A stretch of DNA of 64,000 nt, from NCBI GenBank assembly GCA_963767005.1, contig CAVYCN010000003.1:288001-352000 (forward strand), written 5' to 3'. Positions 1 to 12,237 of this stretch are shown here, piece by piece (position 1 is the first letter of the stretch; each line of letters begins with the position of its first letter). The DNA comes from an uncultured Actinomycetes bacterium (GTDB taxonomy: Bacteria > Actinomycetota > Thermoleophilia > UBA2241). A program made the translations under genes and the position numbers. The notes beneath the pieces are model-generated. The model saw nothing but the letters and a program-made list of their open reading frames with translations. It was not told where the DNA came from and did no database searches.

Positions 1-471
1 GACCACGACGCCGGACGAGCCGGTCGACGTGCCCCAGGCGAGGGGCGCACTGATCTGGCTCAACCCCCAAAGGTTGGCGAAGAGGGGATCGTTCGGGGTG
101 ACAGCCGCGGCGGCCTTGATCACATAGTCGGGTTCGACGTACTCGACCGCCGGGTCGCCTTTGTACTTGCCGATCAGCTCGCCGGTGCTGAGGCTGTCGG
201 ACGACACGACGACGTAGCGGCCCGTGGCATTGAGTCCGAACGTGCGGACCCGGCCCACGACCTGCGCGTTCATGTCGGCGGCGGCGGACCGTGCGGCGGC
301 CATCGGTACGCTGAGGCGGTACTTGACGATCACGCGCCCCTCAGCCTTCGGCGCGGCCCCCTTGGCCAAGGCCGGCGCAGCCGAGGCCGCGAAGACCAGG
401 GCCAGGAAGATCAGAAGCGCAGGGCCAAGAAGGGTGTACGCACGCCGCCCGGAATTCGGCCTGCCTGCCAA
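1..471 (-). CDS. S8 (subtilisin/thermitase-like) secreted serine peptidase, N-terminal part; runs off the window start
   Basis: Not in the ORF track. Manual translation gives a signal peptide (RRAYTLLGPALLIFLALVFAASAAPALA), a propeptide ending VEYVEPDY, and mature start TPNDPLFANLWGLSQISAPLAWGTSTGSSGVVV. TTG start at 471 lies about 10 nt from a GGGGAG RBS. Confidence 0.8.
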   Translation of the reverse strand, partial: MAGRPNSGRRAYTLLGPALLIFLALVFAASAAPALAKGAAPKAEGRVIVKYRLSVPMAAARSAAADMNAQVVGRVRTFGLNATGRYVVVSSDSLSTGELIGKYKGDPAVEYVEPDYVIKAAAAVTPNDPLFANLWGLSQISAPLAWGTSTGSSGVVV

Positions 472-750
472 TGTTGCTGGACTCCCCACGTACCGGCCCC
501 CAGTCGGGTGCGATCTCCAGGCGTCGCGTCTGCCTCCCGTCTCCCGGAGGGAAGTACGGTCCGCCTAGCATACTGTGCACGAAACCCTGCGGCGACTCGG
601 ACGATCCTCCAGGCGGCTCGCGGGCCGGCAGGGCGTCAGCCGGTCACCCCGTGGGTCGCAGGCGTGAGCGCTCTCTCGAAAGGAACGGGGCTGCGGAGTG
701 GGGCTGCGTGAGCTGCGTGAACCGCCCCGAGTTCAGCGGTACGGACGCCC

Positions 751-1353
751 TCAGCCCGCGGACGGCCGCCGCAGGGTCGCCGCCATCGTGACGGCCATGG
801 CGCGCACCTCGCCGACAAGCGCTGTGTTGCGCTCGGCGTCGCCCTCGCGGTAGGCCAGACCGCTCACCGCGAGCGGCCTCACCTTGTGGTCCGACGCGAG
901 CGCCACGAACCGGCGCAGGGCGTCGAGCGCGTCGTCCAAGCCGGTGCTCTCGGCCACGGCGATCAGCCCGACCGCCCGCGCCCGCAGCCAGATCTCGTGG
1001 TAGTTGTTGAAGCAGCTGCGGTCGAGGAAGACCTTCATCTGACCGGCCAGGTTCTCGTAGTACACCGGTGTCGCCAGGATCAGCCCGTCGGCCGCGTACA
1101 TGCGCTCGAGCAGCCCGGCCGCGTCGTCGTCATGGGGGCACGCGCCGAGGCTTTCGCACTCGTCGTGACCCTGGCAGGGCAGCACGCGATGCTCGGCGAG
1201 CACGATCTTCTCGACGGCGACGCCTCGGCGGGCGAGCTCGTCGAGCGCGACGTCGGCGAGGAACGAGCTGTTGCCGTGACGGCGGGGACTGCCCACGATC
1301 GCCACGACGGCCGGTGCGTCGTCGATTGCGGGCTTGGGACTCTCGAAGGCCAT
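751..1353 (-). CDS. Flavodoxin-like / iron-sulfur flavoprotein (NADPH-dependent FMN reductase family)
   Basis: GSPRRHGNS FMN-binding loop, C-x5-C-x5-C cluster (CQGHDECESLGAC), ATPVYY and MKVFLDR motifs. Confidence 0.85.
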   Translation of the reverse strand: MAFESPKPAIDDAPAVVAIVGSPRRHGNSSFLADVALDELARRGVAVEKIVLAEHRVLPCQGHDECESLGACPHDDDAAGLLERMYAADGLILATPVYYENLAGQMKVFLDRSCFNNYHEIWLRARAVGLIAVAESTGLDDALDALRRFVALASDHKVRPLAVSGLAYREGDAERNTALVGEVRAMAVTMAATLRRPSAG

Positions 1354-1509
1354 GCGCACTCCAGGGTCGACTTCGGGATGGGCTGTCGGCGTGAGGAGTC
1401 TACTCCCCCGGCGACCGGCTCTGGTCGAGCAGCAGCGCCGGTCAGGCGCCCGACTCCGATCGACGGCCGAGCGCCGGCTGCGGTCGGAAGCCGGGCGCAG
1501 GCACCAATC

Positions 1510-1538
1510 TTGATTGTCGCCGTCCGAGACCGTACAGT
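1510..1538 (+). promoter_or_regulatory. sigma70/SigA-type promoter for tatA
   Basis: TTGATT-N17-TACAGT about 95 nt upstream of the tatA ATG. Confidence 0.5.
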
Positions 1539-1631
1539 GACCTAGGTGCCGATGCGGGGCTCGCCAGCGGCCGCGGCGGCACCTCCGCGGATGGCCGCGG
1601 AGCCGGTTCCCCCGAAGCAGAGAGATGGGAC

Positions 1632-1835
1632 ATGCCCAACATCGGCCTTCCCGAGTTGCTCATCATCTTCGCGATCATCGTGCTCCTGTTCGGCGCCACG
1701 CGGCTGCCTGGTCTCGGCAAGTCGGTCGGCCAGAGCGTCCGCGGCTTCAAGCAGGGCCTCTCCGGCGACGACGAAGAGAAGCCCAAGGAGCTCGAGAACA
1801 AGCCGACCGGCGACCCGAAGCCGCCGGTCGCCTGA
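1632..1835 (+). CDS. tatA: Twin-arginine translocase subunit TatA/E
   Basis: IGLPELLIIFAIIVLLFGATRLPGLGKSVGQSVRGFKQG signature. Confidence 0.93.
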   Translation: MPNIGLPELLIIFAIIVLLFGATRLPGLGKSVGQSVRGFKQGLSGDDEEKPKELENKPTGDPKPPVA

Positions 1836-1879
1836 AGACCTCGCGCCGTACGCGACCGGCGACCCGAAGCCGCCGGTCG
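1804..1879. repeat. Two identical 27-bp palindromic direct repeats (tandem hairpins) at the tatA 3' end
   Basis: CGACCGGCGACCCGAAGCCGCCGGTCG at 1804-1830 and 1853-1879; each has a 9-bp stem and 9-nt loop. Confidence 0.85.
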
Positions 1880-1928
1880 TCTGACAGTCGTGCACGCGTC
1901 GCGGCAGCCCTGAGCGCGCCGCCGACCC

Positions 1929-2417
1929 TCAGCCCGCGGCCGGTCGCCCTCCGACGCGTTCGAGCAGACACACCGCCGTCGCCGACATGCCCTCGGCGCG
2001 ACCCTCGAAGCCCATGCCCTCGGTGGTCGTCGCCTTGACCCCGACCGCGTCGGACGTCACCTCGAGCGCCTCGGCCAGCCGCGCCCTCATGCGTTCGCGG
2101 TAGGTCGCGAGGCGCGGCCGCTGCGCCACGATCACGAGATCGACGTTGCCGACGGCCCATCCGGCGGCGTGGGCGCGCGCCACCACGTCGCGCAGCAGGG
2201 CGATGCTCGAAGCCCCTTCGTAGGCCGGGTCGGTGTCCGGGAACAGGGCGCCGATGTCGCCCAGGCCGGCGGCGCCCAGGACGGCGTCGATCACGGCATG
2301 CGTGGCGACGTCGGCGTCGGAGTGGCCGGCGAGGCCGAGCTCGTGGTCGATGGCAAGACCGCAGAGCACGAGGCGCCGGTCCGGCGCCAGGCGGTGCGCG
2401 TCGAAACCGATCCCCAC
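1929..2417 (-). CDS. ispF: 2-C-methyl-D-erythritol 2,4-cyclodiphosphate synthase
   Basis: GIGFDAH, GHSDADV, GDIGALFPD and KATTTEGMG motifs. A CTG start at 2429 is possible. Confidence 0.95.
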   Translation of the reverse strand: MGIGFDAHRLAPDRRLVLCGLAIDHELGLAGHSDADVATHAVIDAVLGAAGLGDIGALFPDTDPAYEGASSIALLRDVVARAHAAGWAVGNVDLVIVAQRPRLATYRERMRARLAEALEVTSDAVGVKATTTEGMGFEGRAEGMSATAVCLLERVGGRPAAG

Positions 2418-2418
2418 C

Positions 2419-3153
2419 CTAGACGTCAGCCTCGGCCTCCCACGACAGCAGGGCGCTCGCCAGCGGCAGGTCGGCCGGCGTCGTGATCTTGACGTTGGCC
2501 GGCGTCGAGGGCACGACGACCACGCTCGAGCCGGCCCGCTCGAGGATCGACGCGTCGTCGGTCGCGCCGCTCACGTCGGTGCGGTCGTAGGCGGCCCGCA
2601 GGGCCGCCGCGCGGAACACCTGGGGGGTCTGCACGGCCCAGAGCTCGCGACGGTCGACCGTGCGCAGCACGAGACCGTCGCCGTCGGCCCGCTTGAGCGT
2701 ATCGACGACGGCGGTCGCCGGCACGGCGCCGTCGGCCCGGTCGAGGGCGCTGAGACAGTCGAGGAACACATGGCGGCCGAACAGCGGCCGGGCGCCATCG
2801 TGCACGGCGATCACGTCGGCGTCGGCCGGCACCGCGGCAAGCCCGGCCCGCACCGAGTCGCAGCGCTCGCGGCCGCCCTCGGCGATCAGCACGGGCTTGC
2901 CCTGGCCGGCGGCGACCTCGAGGCCGGCGAAGCGCACCACGTGCGACGGATGCAGCACGACGACGACGCCGGCCACCTCGTCGATCGCCGACAGGCGCCG
3001 CACCGAGTGGCAGATGATGGGCTCGCCGGCGAGCAGCAGGAACTGCTTGGACTCGCCCTCGGGCAGCCCCATGCGGCGGCTCTCGCCGGCCGCCGCCACG
3101 ATCACCCAGACGCGTGCACCTGCGGGCACCGTCGTCTCACCGCCCTTCGTCAC
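2419..3153 (-). CDS. ispD: 2-C-methyl-D-erythritol 4-phosphate cytidylyltransferase
   Basis: AAGESRRMG, KQF, GGRERCDSV, VHDGARP, QTPQVF and NVKITTPADL motifs. Confidence 0.95.
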   Translation of the reverse strand: MTKGGETTVPAGARVWVIVAAAGESRRMGLPEGESKQFLLLAGEPIICHSVRRLSAIDEVAGVVVVLHPSHVVRFAGLEVAAGQGKPVLIAEGGRERCDSVRAGLAAVPADADVIAVHDGARPLFGRHVFLDCLSALDRADGAVPATAVVDTLKRADGDGLVLRTVDRRELWAVQTPQVFRAAALRAAYDRTDVSGATDDASILERAGSSVVVVPSTPANVKITTPADLPLASALLSWEAEADV

Positions 3154-4217
3154 GCGCGGGCCGGCGCGCGGGCCGGCCGTGCGAAGATCATCTTGCCCGC
3201 CGGGTTCTGCAGCACGCTCGTCACCTCGACGCTCACCACGCTGCCCACGAGGGTGCGGCCGTCCTCGACCACGACCATCGTGCCGTCGTCCATGTAGCCC
3301 ACGCCCTGACCGGCCTCGCGTCCTTCGCGCAGCACCTTCACCTCGACCGCCTCGCCGGGCAGGACCGCCGTCTTGACGGCGTGCGCAAGACCGTTGACGT
3401 TGAGTACCCGCACACCCTTGATCTCGGCCACCTTGGCAAGGTTGAAGTCGGTCGTGAGCACGTCGGCGTCGAGCTGCTGGCCCATCCGCACGAGCTTGGC
3501 GTCGACGTCGGGCAGGTCGGGATAGTCGTCGTCGGGTGCCTGGACGTCGCGCACGGCCATGAGCTTGCGCACGAGGTCGAGGCCACGACGGCCGCGGGCG
3601 CGCTTCTCGGGGTCGGCCGAGTCGGCCAGGCGCTGCAGCTCGGCCAGCACGAAGCCCGGCACGACCAGCTCACCGGGCAGGAACCCGCTCTCGATGATGC
3701 CGATGATGCGCCCGTCGATGATCGCGCTCGTGTCGACCAGATGGCGCGGCGGCGGCGCGACCGGTTCACCCGCGGCGCGGGCCGGATCGAGGCCGATCAG
3801 GCGCAGGAGCTCGGCGTCCTTGCGAGCAGCGAGGTAGGCGAAGGCGTAGCCGAGCACGACGAACAGCGGGACCAGCAGGTAGGGGCCGCCCGGCAGGCGC
3901 ACGACGGCGAGGCTGCAGAGGGCGGCGATCGCCAGGCCCACGACGAGGCCCACGGTGCCGACCGCGACCTCGGCCGCCGAGCGCCGCGCCAGGAACCGCT
4001 CCATGCGGTCGACGAGCCGCACGCAGAGGCGGCCGACGAAGCCGCCGATGACGAAGCCGATGAGGCCGCCGAGCAGCGCCAGCAGGCAGTAGGCAAGAGG
4101 ATCGGAGCCGTGCGGCAGGAACGAGAGGCGGTCGCCGTGCTGCAGGTAGACGGTCGACTGGTAGCCCACGAGGGCTCCGAGGACCGTGAAGACGAAGCGG
4201 ACGATCTCGACGAACAC
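3150..4217 (-). CDS. Membrane PIN/TRAM domain protein (YacL-like)
   Basis: Four TM segments, PIN motif VDTSAIIDGRI, TTDFNL, TRAM GVGYMDDGTMVVVE. Start trimmed to GTG 4217 to avoid overlap with carD. Confidence 0.9.
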   Translation of the reverse strand: MFVEIVRFVFTVLGALVGYQSTVYLQHGDRLSFLPHGSDPLAYCLLALLGGLIGFVIGGFVGRLCVRLVDRMERFLARRSAAEVAVGTVGLVVGLAIAALCSLAVVRLPGGPYLLVPLFVVLGYAFAYLAARKDAELLRLIGLDPARAAGEPVAPPPRHLVDTSAIIDGRIIGIIESGFLPGELVVPGFVLAELQRLADSADPEKRARGRRGLDLVRKLMAVRDVQAPDDDYPDLPDVDAKLVRMGQQLDADVLTTDFNLAKVAEIKGVRVLNVNGLAHAVKTAVLPGEAVEVKVLREGREAGQGVGYMDDGTMVVVEDGRTLVGSVVSVEVTSVLQNPAGKMIFARPARAPARA

Positions 4218-4251
4218 GACGTACCCGGCGCCGGCGTCGCGATCCCGCGAC

Positions 4252-4797
4252 TCAGGCGACGGGGGCGACCTCGTGGGCGAGCTCGTGACTGCCGACACGA
4301 CCACCCGGCGCTCCACCGACTTCGTCGAGCACCGCGTCGAGGAAGGCGTTGGCGGCGTCTTCGCCCAGGTCGCGCGCGTACATGAGCTCGCTCGCGAGGA
4401 TCTTCTTGGCCTTGGAGAACATCTGCTTTTCGCCGGTCGACAGACCCTTGTCGCAGTGCCGGATCGCGAGGTTGCGCACGACCTCGGCGACCTCGAAGAT
4501 GTCGCCCGTCTTGAGCTTGTCGCGATTGTGCTTGTAGCGACGGCTCCAGTTCTTGGGCATCTTCGTCGGGTTGCCGTGCAGCACGGCGAGCACGTCGTCG
4601 ACCACATCCGACGCAACGACCTTGCGCAGGCCCGCGCGGTCGGCGGAGTCGACCGGGACCATGACGGTCATGTCGTTGTGCAGGATCTGGATGGTGAGGT
4701 ACTCGCGCAGCTGACCGCGCACTTCCATGTCCTCGATCTTCATGATCTTGCCCGCGCCGTGATGCGGGTAGACGACCTTATCGCCCACTCTGTACAA
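4252..4797 (-). CDS. carD: CarD family transcription factor
   Basis: VGDKVVYPHHGAG, NWSRRYK and LSTGEKQM motifs. Confidence 0.95.
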   Translation of the reverse strand: MYRVGDKVVYPHHGAGKIMKIEDMEVRGQLREYLTIQILHNDMTVMVPVDSADRAGLRKVVASDVVDDVLAVLHGNPTKMPKNWSRRYKHNRDKLKTGDIFEVAEVVRNLAIRHCDKGLSTGEKQMFSKAKKILASELMYARDLGEDAANAFLDAVLDEVGGAPGGRVGSHELAHEVAPVA

Positions 4798-4799
4798 GA

Positions 4800-6242
4800 T
4801 CAGCCACCTCCCGGCCGGTCGTTCTGTGGGTGGCGTCTGCGTCGGTCGTCGGACACCGGCAGGCCCCTGGCGATGGCGTCGCTGAGTGTGGCGAGACCCT
4901 CCACCCGGGCCACCACACGCACTCGCCGGGCGTCGGCTCGCGGCACGAGCACCGTCTCGAAGCCGACCTTGGTGGCCTCGGCGACTCTGCGCTCCGGCTG
5001 CCCGGTCGATCGCAGCTCGCCCGTGAGACCGATCTCACCGAACACCGCGACGTTGCTGGCCAGCGCGACACCCCGTTCAGCCGAGGCCACTGCGAGAGCG
5101 ACGGCGAGATCGGCCGCCGGCTCTTCGATGCGCACCCCGCCGACTATGTTAACAAAAACGTCGGCACTTGCCAAAGAGAGCCGGCCGTGGCGGGCCAGGA
5201 CGGCCACGATCATGGCTAGGCGGTTGCGGTCGAAACCGGTCGCGATGCGACGGGGCAGGGCGAGGTCGGTGGGATTGACCAGAGCCTGCACCTCGACCAG
5301 AAAGCAGCGCGTACCCTCGACGGCCACGTGCACGCACGAGCCGGCCGCGCCGCGCTCGGCGAGGAACACCGCGGTCGGGTCGGCGACGGTCACGAGGCCG
5401 GCCTCGCCCATCTCGAACACGCCGAGCTCGTTGGTCGAGCCGAAGCGGTTCTTGACGGCGCGCAGCAGGCGGAAGAAGCGGTTGCGGTCGCCCTCGAACT
5501 GCAGGACGGTGTCGACCATGTGCTCGAGCACGCGCGGACCGGCGATCGCGCCGTCCTTGGTCACGTGACCGACCAGGAACACGGCCGTGCCGCCGGCCTT
5601 GGCCAGGCGCAGGAACCGTGAGGCCGCCTCGCGCACCTGGCTGACGCTGCCGGGCGCCGACGACAGCTCGTCGCTGTAGAGCGTCTGCACCGAGTCGACG
5701 ACGACGAGCGCAGGCTGCAGGCTCTCGACCGCGTCGAGCACGGTCTCGAGCTCGGTCTCGGGCAGCACCTGGATGGCGCCCGGCGCGCGGCAGACGCGCT
5801 CGGCGCGCATCCTGACCTGGGCCGGCGATTCTTCGCCGCAGACGAGCAGGACAGGGCGTCCGCCGGCGCTCGCCGCGACCGCGTCGAGGACCTGGAGCAG
5901 CAGCGTGGACTTGCCCACGCCGGGCTCGCCGCCGACCAGCACGAGCGAGCCCGGCACGATGCCGCCGCCCAGCACGCGGTCGAGCTCGGGCAGGCCGCTC
6001 GAGAAACGGTCGTCGGCCGACGACGAGAAGTCCGACAGGGGGCGCGCCAGAGCGGCGTGACCTTCGGCGGAACGGCGGCGGGACGAGGCGGCCTTGCCGC
6101 CTCGTCCCGCCGCCCCTGTGCCCTTAACGACCTCTTCGACGAACGAGTTCCAGGCGCCGCATTCGGGGCAGCGCCCCAGCCAGCGCGCCTCGGTGCGGCC
6201 GCACTGGCCGCACGTGAAGACGACGTGGTCTTTGGCGGCCAC
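4800..6242 (-). CDS. radA: DNA repair protein RadA/Sms
   Basis: C4 zinc finger, Walker A GEPGVGKST, KNRFG motif, Lon-like C-terminus. Confidence 0.97.
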   Translation of the reverse strand: MAAKDHVVFTCGQCGRTEARWLGRCPECGAWNSFVEEVVKGTGAAGRGGKAASSRRRSAEGHAALARPLSDFSSSADDRFSSGLPELDRVLGGGIVPGSLVLVGGEPGVGKSTLLLQVLDAVAASAGGRPVLLVCGEESPAQVRMRAERVCRAPGAIQVLPETELETVLDAVESLQPALVVVDSVQTLYSDELSSAPGSVSQVREAASRFLRLAKAGGTAVFLVGHVTKDGAIAGPRVLEHMVDTVLQFEGDRNRFFRLLRAVKNRFGSTNELGVFEMGEAGLVTVADPTAVFLAERGAAGSCVHVAVEGTRCFLVEVQALVNPTDLALPRRIATGFDRNRLAMIVAVLARHGRLSLASADVFVNIVGGVRIEEPAADLAVALAVASAERGVALASNVAVFGEIGLTGELRSTGQPERRVAEATKVGFETVLVPRADARRVRVVARVEGLATLSDAIARGLPVSDDRRRRHPQNDRPGGG

Positions 6243-6262
6243 CCCCGCCGCAGAGCCCCGGT

Positions 6263-8815
<2,553 letters not shown>

Positions 8816-9055
8816 GCTTAGCTCCTTCTTGCTGGGTACCCCTGTATGTTACCCGATTCCCCAGACTCGGCGACCTGAGCCCGATCCTTGAGGGGGAGAC
8901 GTTGCGGACCGTTCGGGGCGGAGCCTGACTTGTACCTTCCCGAGCTCGAAACGAAACGGGCAGGTCGGACCGGCGCGGCGCGGCCGTCGAGAGCGAGGTC
9001 TACCCCGGCCCCGTTTTCGGCGGCGCCACGCGTGAAGTGGGCCCCGGCCGGCCGC

Positions 9056-10543
9056 TCAGCCGCGCAGCGCCGGGAACAGGATGACGTCGCGGATCGAGGC
9101 CGAGTCGGTGAGCACCATGACGAGGCGGTCGATCCCCATGCCCATGCCGCCGGTCGGCGGCATGCCGTGCTCCATGGCCTCGAGGAAGTCCTCGTCCAGC
9201 TGGTGGGCCTCTTCGTCGCCGGCGTCGAAGGCGGCGAGCTGGTCGAGGAAGCGCTGGCGCTGATCGTCGGGGTCGTTCAGCTCGCTGAAGGCATTGGAGC
9301 TCTCCATGCCGGCGATGAAGCCCTCGAAGCGCTCGACGAAGCGCGGGTCGTGCGGCGTCTTCTTGGCGAACGGGCTGAGCTCGAGCGGGTACTCGGTGAT
9401 GAACACCGGCTGGATGAGGCCGGGCTCGACCGTCTCGCTGAACAGCTCGTCGACCTGCATGCCCCAGGTGGGCTGGGGCGGCACGCGCTCGTCGAGGCCG
9501 CGCGCCTTGATCGCCGCCTGCAGCCCGCCGACGACGCGGGTCTCGTCGGCGGCGATGTCGATGCCGCTGGCGTCGAGGATGGCCTTGCGCATGGTCACGC
9601 GCGGCCACGGCGGCGTGAGGTCGATCTCGTGGCCGCGGAAGTGGGCGACCAGGCTGCCGACGGCCGCGGCGGCCGCGCCCACGAGCTGCTCGACCATCTC
9701 CATCACGAAGTTGTAGTCGACGTAGGCCTCGTAGGTCTCGAGCATCGTGAACTCGGGGTTGTGCTTGAAGCTCACGCCTTCGTTGCGGAAGTTGCGGCCG
9801 ATCTCGTACACGCGGTCGATGCCGCCGATGATGCAGCGCTTGAGGTAGAGCTCGACGGCGATACGCAGGTACAGGTCGCGCTTGAGCTCGTTGTGGTGGG
9901 TCACGAACGGGCGCGCCATGGCGCCGCCGTAGAGCGGCTGCAGGATGGGCGTCTCGACCTCGACGAAGCCACGCTCGTCGAGGAACCGGCGGATGGCGGT
10001 GATGATCTTCGCGCGCTTGACGAACACGGCCTTCGACTCGTCGTTCATGATCGTGTCGAGGTAGCGCTTGCGGTAGCGCGTCTCGACGTCGGTCAGCCCG
10101 TGGAACTTCTCGGGCAGCGGACGCAGCGCCTTGGCCAGGAAGCGCCACGAGGCCGGCCGCAGCGAGAGCTCGCCGCGCCGCGTCTTGAGCACGACGCCCT
10201 CGGCGCCGACGAAGTCGCCCACGTCGACCTCGAGCAGGCGATGGTAGTCGTCGGCGCCCAGGGCGTCGACGGTGACGAAGAGCTGCAGGTGGCCGGAGCC
10301 GTCCTTGATCGTGAGGAAGGCGAGCTTGCCGTGCTCGCGCCGCGACATGACGCGGCCGGCCACCCGATGCGTGCCGGGCGCCTCGGCGCCGGCCTCGAGC
10401 TCGTCGTAGCGGGCGTGCAGCTCGCCGATCTCGTCGCGGTCCTCGAAGCGGGTGGGAAAGACCTCGTCCGGGCCCTCGCGCAGCCGCGCCAGCTTGTGCA
10501 GTCGCTCCGCGGCGGAGCCGACCGGCTGCTCCTCGTCGGCCAC
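9056..10543 (-). CDS. lysS: Lysine--tRNA ligase (class II)
   Basis: OB-fold anticodon domain, FRNEG and HNPEFT motifs, GMPPTGGMGMGIDRL. Confidence 0.97.
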   Translation of the reverse strand: MADEEQPVGSAAERLHKLARLREGPDEVFPTRFEDRDEIGELHARYDELEAGAEAPGTHRVAGRVMSRREHGKLAFLTIKDGSGHLQLFVTVDALGADDYHRLLEVDVGDFVGAEGVVLKTRRGELSLRPASWRFLAKALRPLPEKFHGLTDVETRYRKRYLDTIMNDESKAVFVKRAKIITAIRRFLDERGFVEVETPILQPLYGGAMARPFVTHHNELKRDLYLRIAVELYLKRCIIGGIDRVYEIGRNFRNEGVSFKHNPEFTMLETYEAYVDYNFVMEMVEQLVGAAAAAVGSLVAHFRGHEIDLTPPWPRVTMRKAILDASGIDIAADETRVVGGLQAAIKARGLDERVPPQPTWGMQVDELFSETVEPGLIQPVFITEYPLELSPFAKKTPHDPRFVERFEGFIAGMESSNAFSELNDPDDQRQRFLDQLAAFDAGDEEAHQLDEDFLEAMEHGMPPTGGMGMGIDRLVMVLTDSASIRDVILFPALRG

Positions 10544-10557
10544 GACCGGCCGGTCCC

Positions 10558-11037
10558 CTACGCCCGTTCGATGTCGATGATCTTGAGGCGCGTCTCGCCG
10601 CGCGGCGTCGCGACGGTGACGATCTCGCCCGGCTTGTGGCCGATGATCGCCCGGCCGACCGGCGACTCGTTGGACAGCTTGTGGTCGGTAGGATCGGCCT
10701 CGGCGGAGCCCACGATCGAGTACTGCACGACGTCGGCGCGCTTGACGTCCTGCAGGGTCACCTTGGTGCCCACGCCGACCGCCTCTGTGCTGACGTCGCT
10801 CTCGTCGATGACGAGCGCCGAGCGCAGCTTCTCTTCGAGGGCGAAGATGCGCTGCTCGAGCATGGCCTGCTCGTTCTTGGCGTCGTCGTATTCGGAGTTC
10901 TCGGTGATGTCGCCGAAATACCGCGCCTCTTTGATGCGGTCGGCGACCTCTTCACGCTTCTTGGTCGAGAGGTACTCGATCTCGTCCTTCAGGCGCCGGT
11001 ACCCCGCGGGGGTGAGGATGATCTCTCGTTCCGGCAC
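10558..11037 (-). CDS. greA: Transcription elongation factor GreA
   Basis: GDITENSEYDDAK and SNESPVGRA motifs; start trimmed to GTG 11037. Confidence 0.95.
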   Translation of the reverse strand: MPEREIILTPAGYRRLKDEIEYLSTKKREEVADRIKEARYFGDITENSEYDDAKNEQAMLEQRIFALEEKLRSALVIDESDVSTEAVGVGTKVTLQDVKRADVVQYSIVGSAEADPTDHKLSNESPVGRAIIGHKPGEIVTVATPRGETRLKIIDIERA

Positions 11038-11095
11038 GTCGGCATCCTTTCTTACGACGAACGGGCCGCTAGCTGCAGGCCCGGGCAAGCAAGGG

Positions 11096-11124
11096 ATTAT
11101 AGGGCTTCGCCCGGCCGCTGCCAA
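11096..11124 (-). promoter_or_regulatory. sigma70/SigA promoter for greA-lysS
   Basis: Minus strand TTGGCA-N17-TATAAT. Confidence 0.7.
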
Positions 11125-11153
11125 CCGTGCCGAGCGTACCGGGCGTTCTGGGC

Positions 11154-12185
11154 TCATTCTGCCCGTACGAGAGCCGAGACAGTCGCGATGTCGGCGGCCG
11201 CCATGAGCCGGGCGGCGAGCTCCGGCGTAAGCGCCCCGCTGCGCCGGAAGCGCGGCCAGAAGCGCCGCAGGTAGCCTACGGCGCGGGGGCCCAGGTCGGC
11301 CGCCGCCTCGTCGACGAAACGGGCGAGGGCGCGCCGCCGCTCGACGAGCGGCGGCGCGCCCCTCCCGTCGAGCAGCTCGGCAAAGACCCAGGGCCGGCCC
11401 AGGGCGGCGCGGGCGACCATGACGGCGGCGACGCCGCCGGCGAGCAGGCGGGCGGTGAGCTCGCGGTCGGGGCGCGCGTCGGGGCCGACCACGGCGACGT
11501 CGCCCGAGGCGATCACCGGCACTGGCAGCTCGGCCGCGAGGGCGAGCGTGACGGCGTGGTCGGCGCGCCCCCGGTAGAGCTGCGCGGCGCTGCGCGGGTG
11601 CAGGCACAGGGCGGCGGCGCCGGCGGCGACGAGGCGGGGCGCCAGGCGGCGCCCCGCCTCGTCGCCGCCGCGCACGCCGCTGCGGAGCTTCACCGTCACC
11701 GGCACAGCGCCGGCGACGGCCTCGACGACCGCCGCCAGACAGGCGACCGCGAGGTCGGGCGCGTCGAGCAGGGCGGCGCCGGCGCCGGTCTTCATGACCT
11801 TGCGCACCGGGCAGGCCATGTTCAGGTCGACCAGGTCGGCGCCGGCGCGCAGGCAGACGCGCGCCGCCCCGGCGAGCGCGGCCGGGTCGGCGGCGAAGAG
11901 CTGGAAGCCGACGGGGTGCTCGTCGGCGCCGCAGGCGAGGTAGTCCAGCGTGCGACGGTTGTCGTGGACGATGCCATGCGCCGAGATCATCTCGGTGAAC
12001 ACGAGGCCGGCGCCGGCGCGCCGCACCGAGCGCCGAAAGGCCGGCACGCTGACGCCGGCCATGGGCGCCATGAAGAGCCGGCGGTCGAGCTCGAGCGCGC
12101 CGATCGCGAGCGGCTCGAGCAGCCTGTCGCGCAACTCGTCGATGACTCGCCCCTCCCCCGTGCCGCTGATCGACTTCGTCGTCAT
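11154..12185 (-). CDS. dusB: tRNA-dihydrouridine synthase (DusB-like)
   Basis: MAPMAG, DLNMACP, GAGAALL, TVKLRSG, ASGDV and VMVARAALGRPW motifs. Confidence 0.88.
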   Translation of the reverse strand: MTTKSISGTGEGRVIDELRDRLLEPLAIGALELDRRLFMAPMAGVSVPAFRRSVRRAGAGLVFTEMISAHGIVHDNRRTLDYLACGADEHPVGFQLFAADPAALAGAARVCLRAGADLVDLNMACPVRKVMKTGAGAALLDAPDLAVACLAAVVEAVAGAVPVTVKLRSGVRGGDEAGRRLAPRLVAAGAAALCLHPRSAAQLYRGRADHAVTLALAAELPVPVIASGDVAVVGPDARPDRELTARLLAGGVAAVMVARAALGRPWVFAELLDGRGAPPLVERRRALARFVDEAAADLGPRAVGYLRRFWPRFRRSGALTPELAARLMAAADIATVSALVRAE

Positions 12186-12237
12186 CGCTCAGGCATGCGT
12201 GGCTTCGCTTCCGCGCCTCGTCGGGCGGCGGCGGCCG

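Noticed and set aside
4218-4616. Extended N-terminus of the PIN/TRAM ORF
   Set aside because: It overlaps carD in another frame and has shadow-ORF composition; the family-like sequence begins near 4217.
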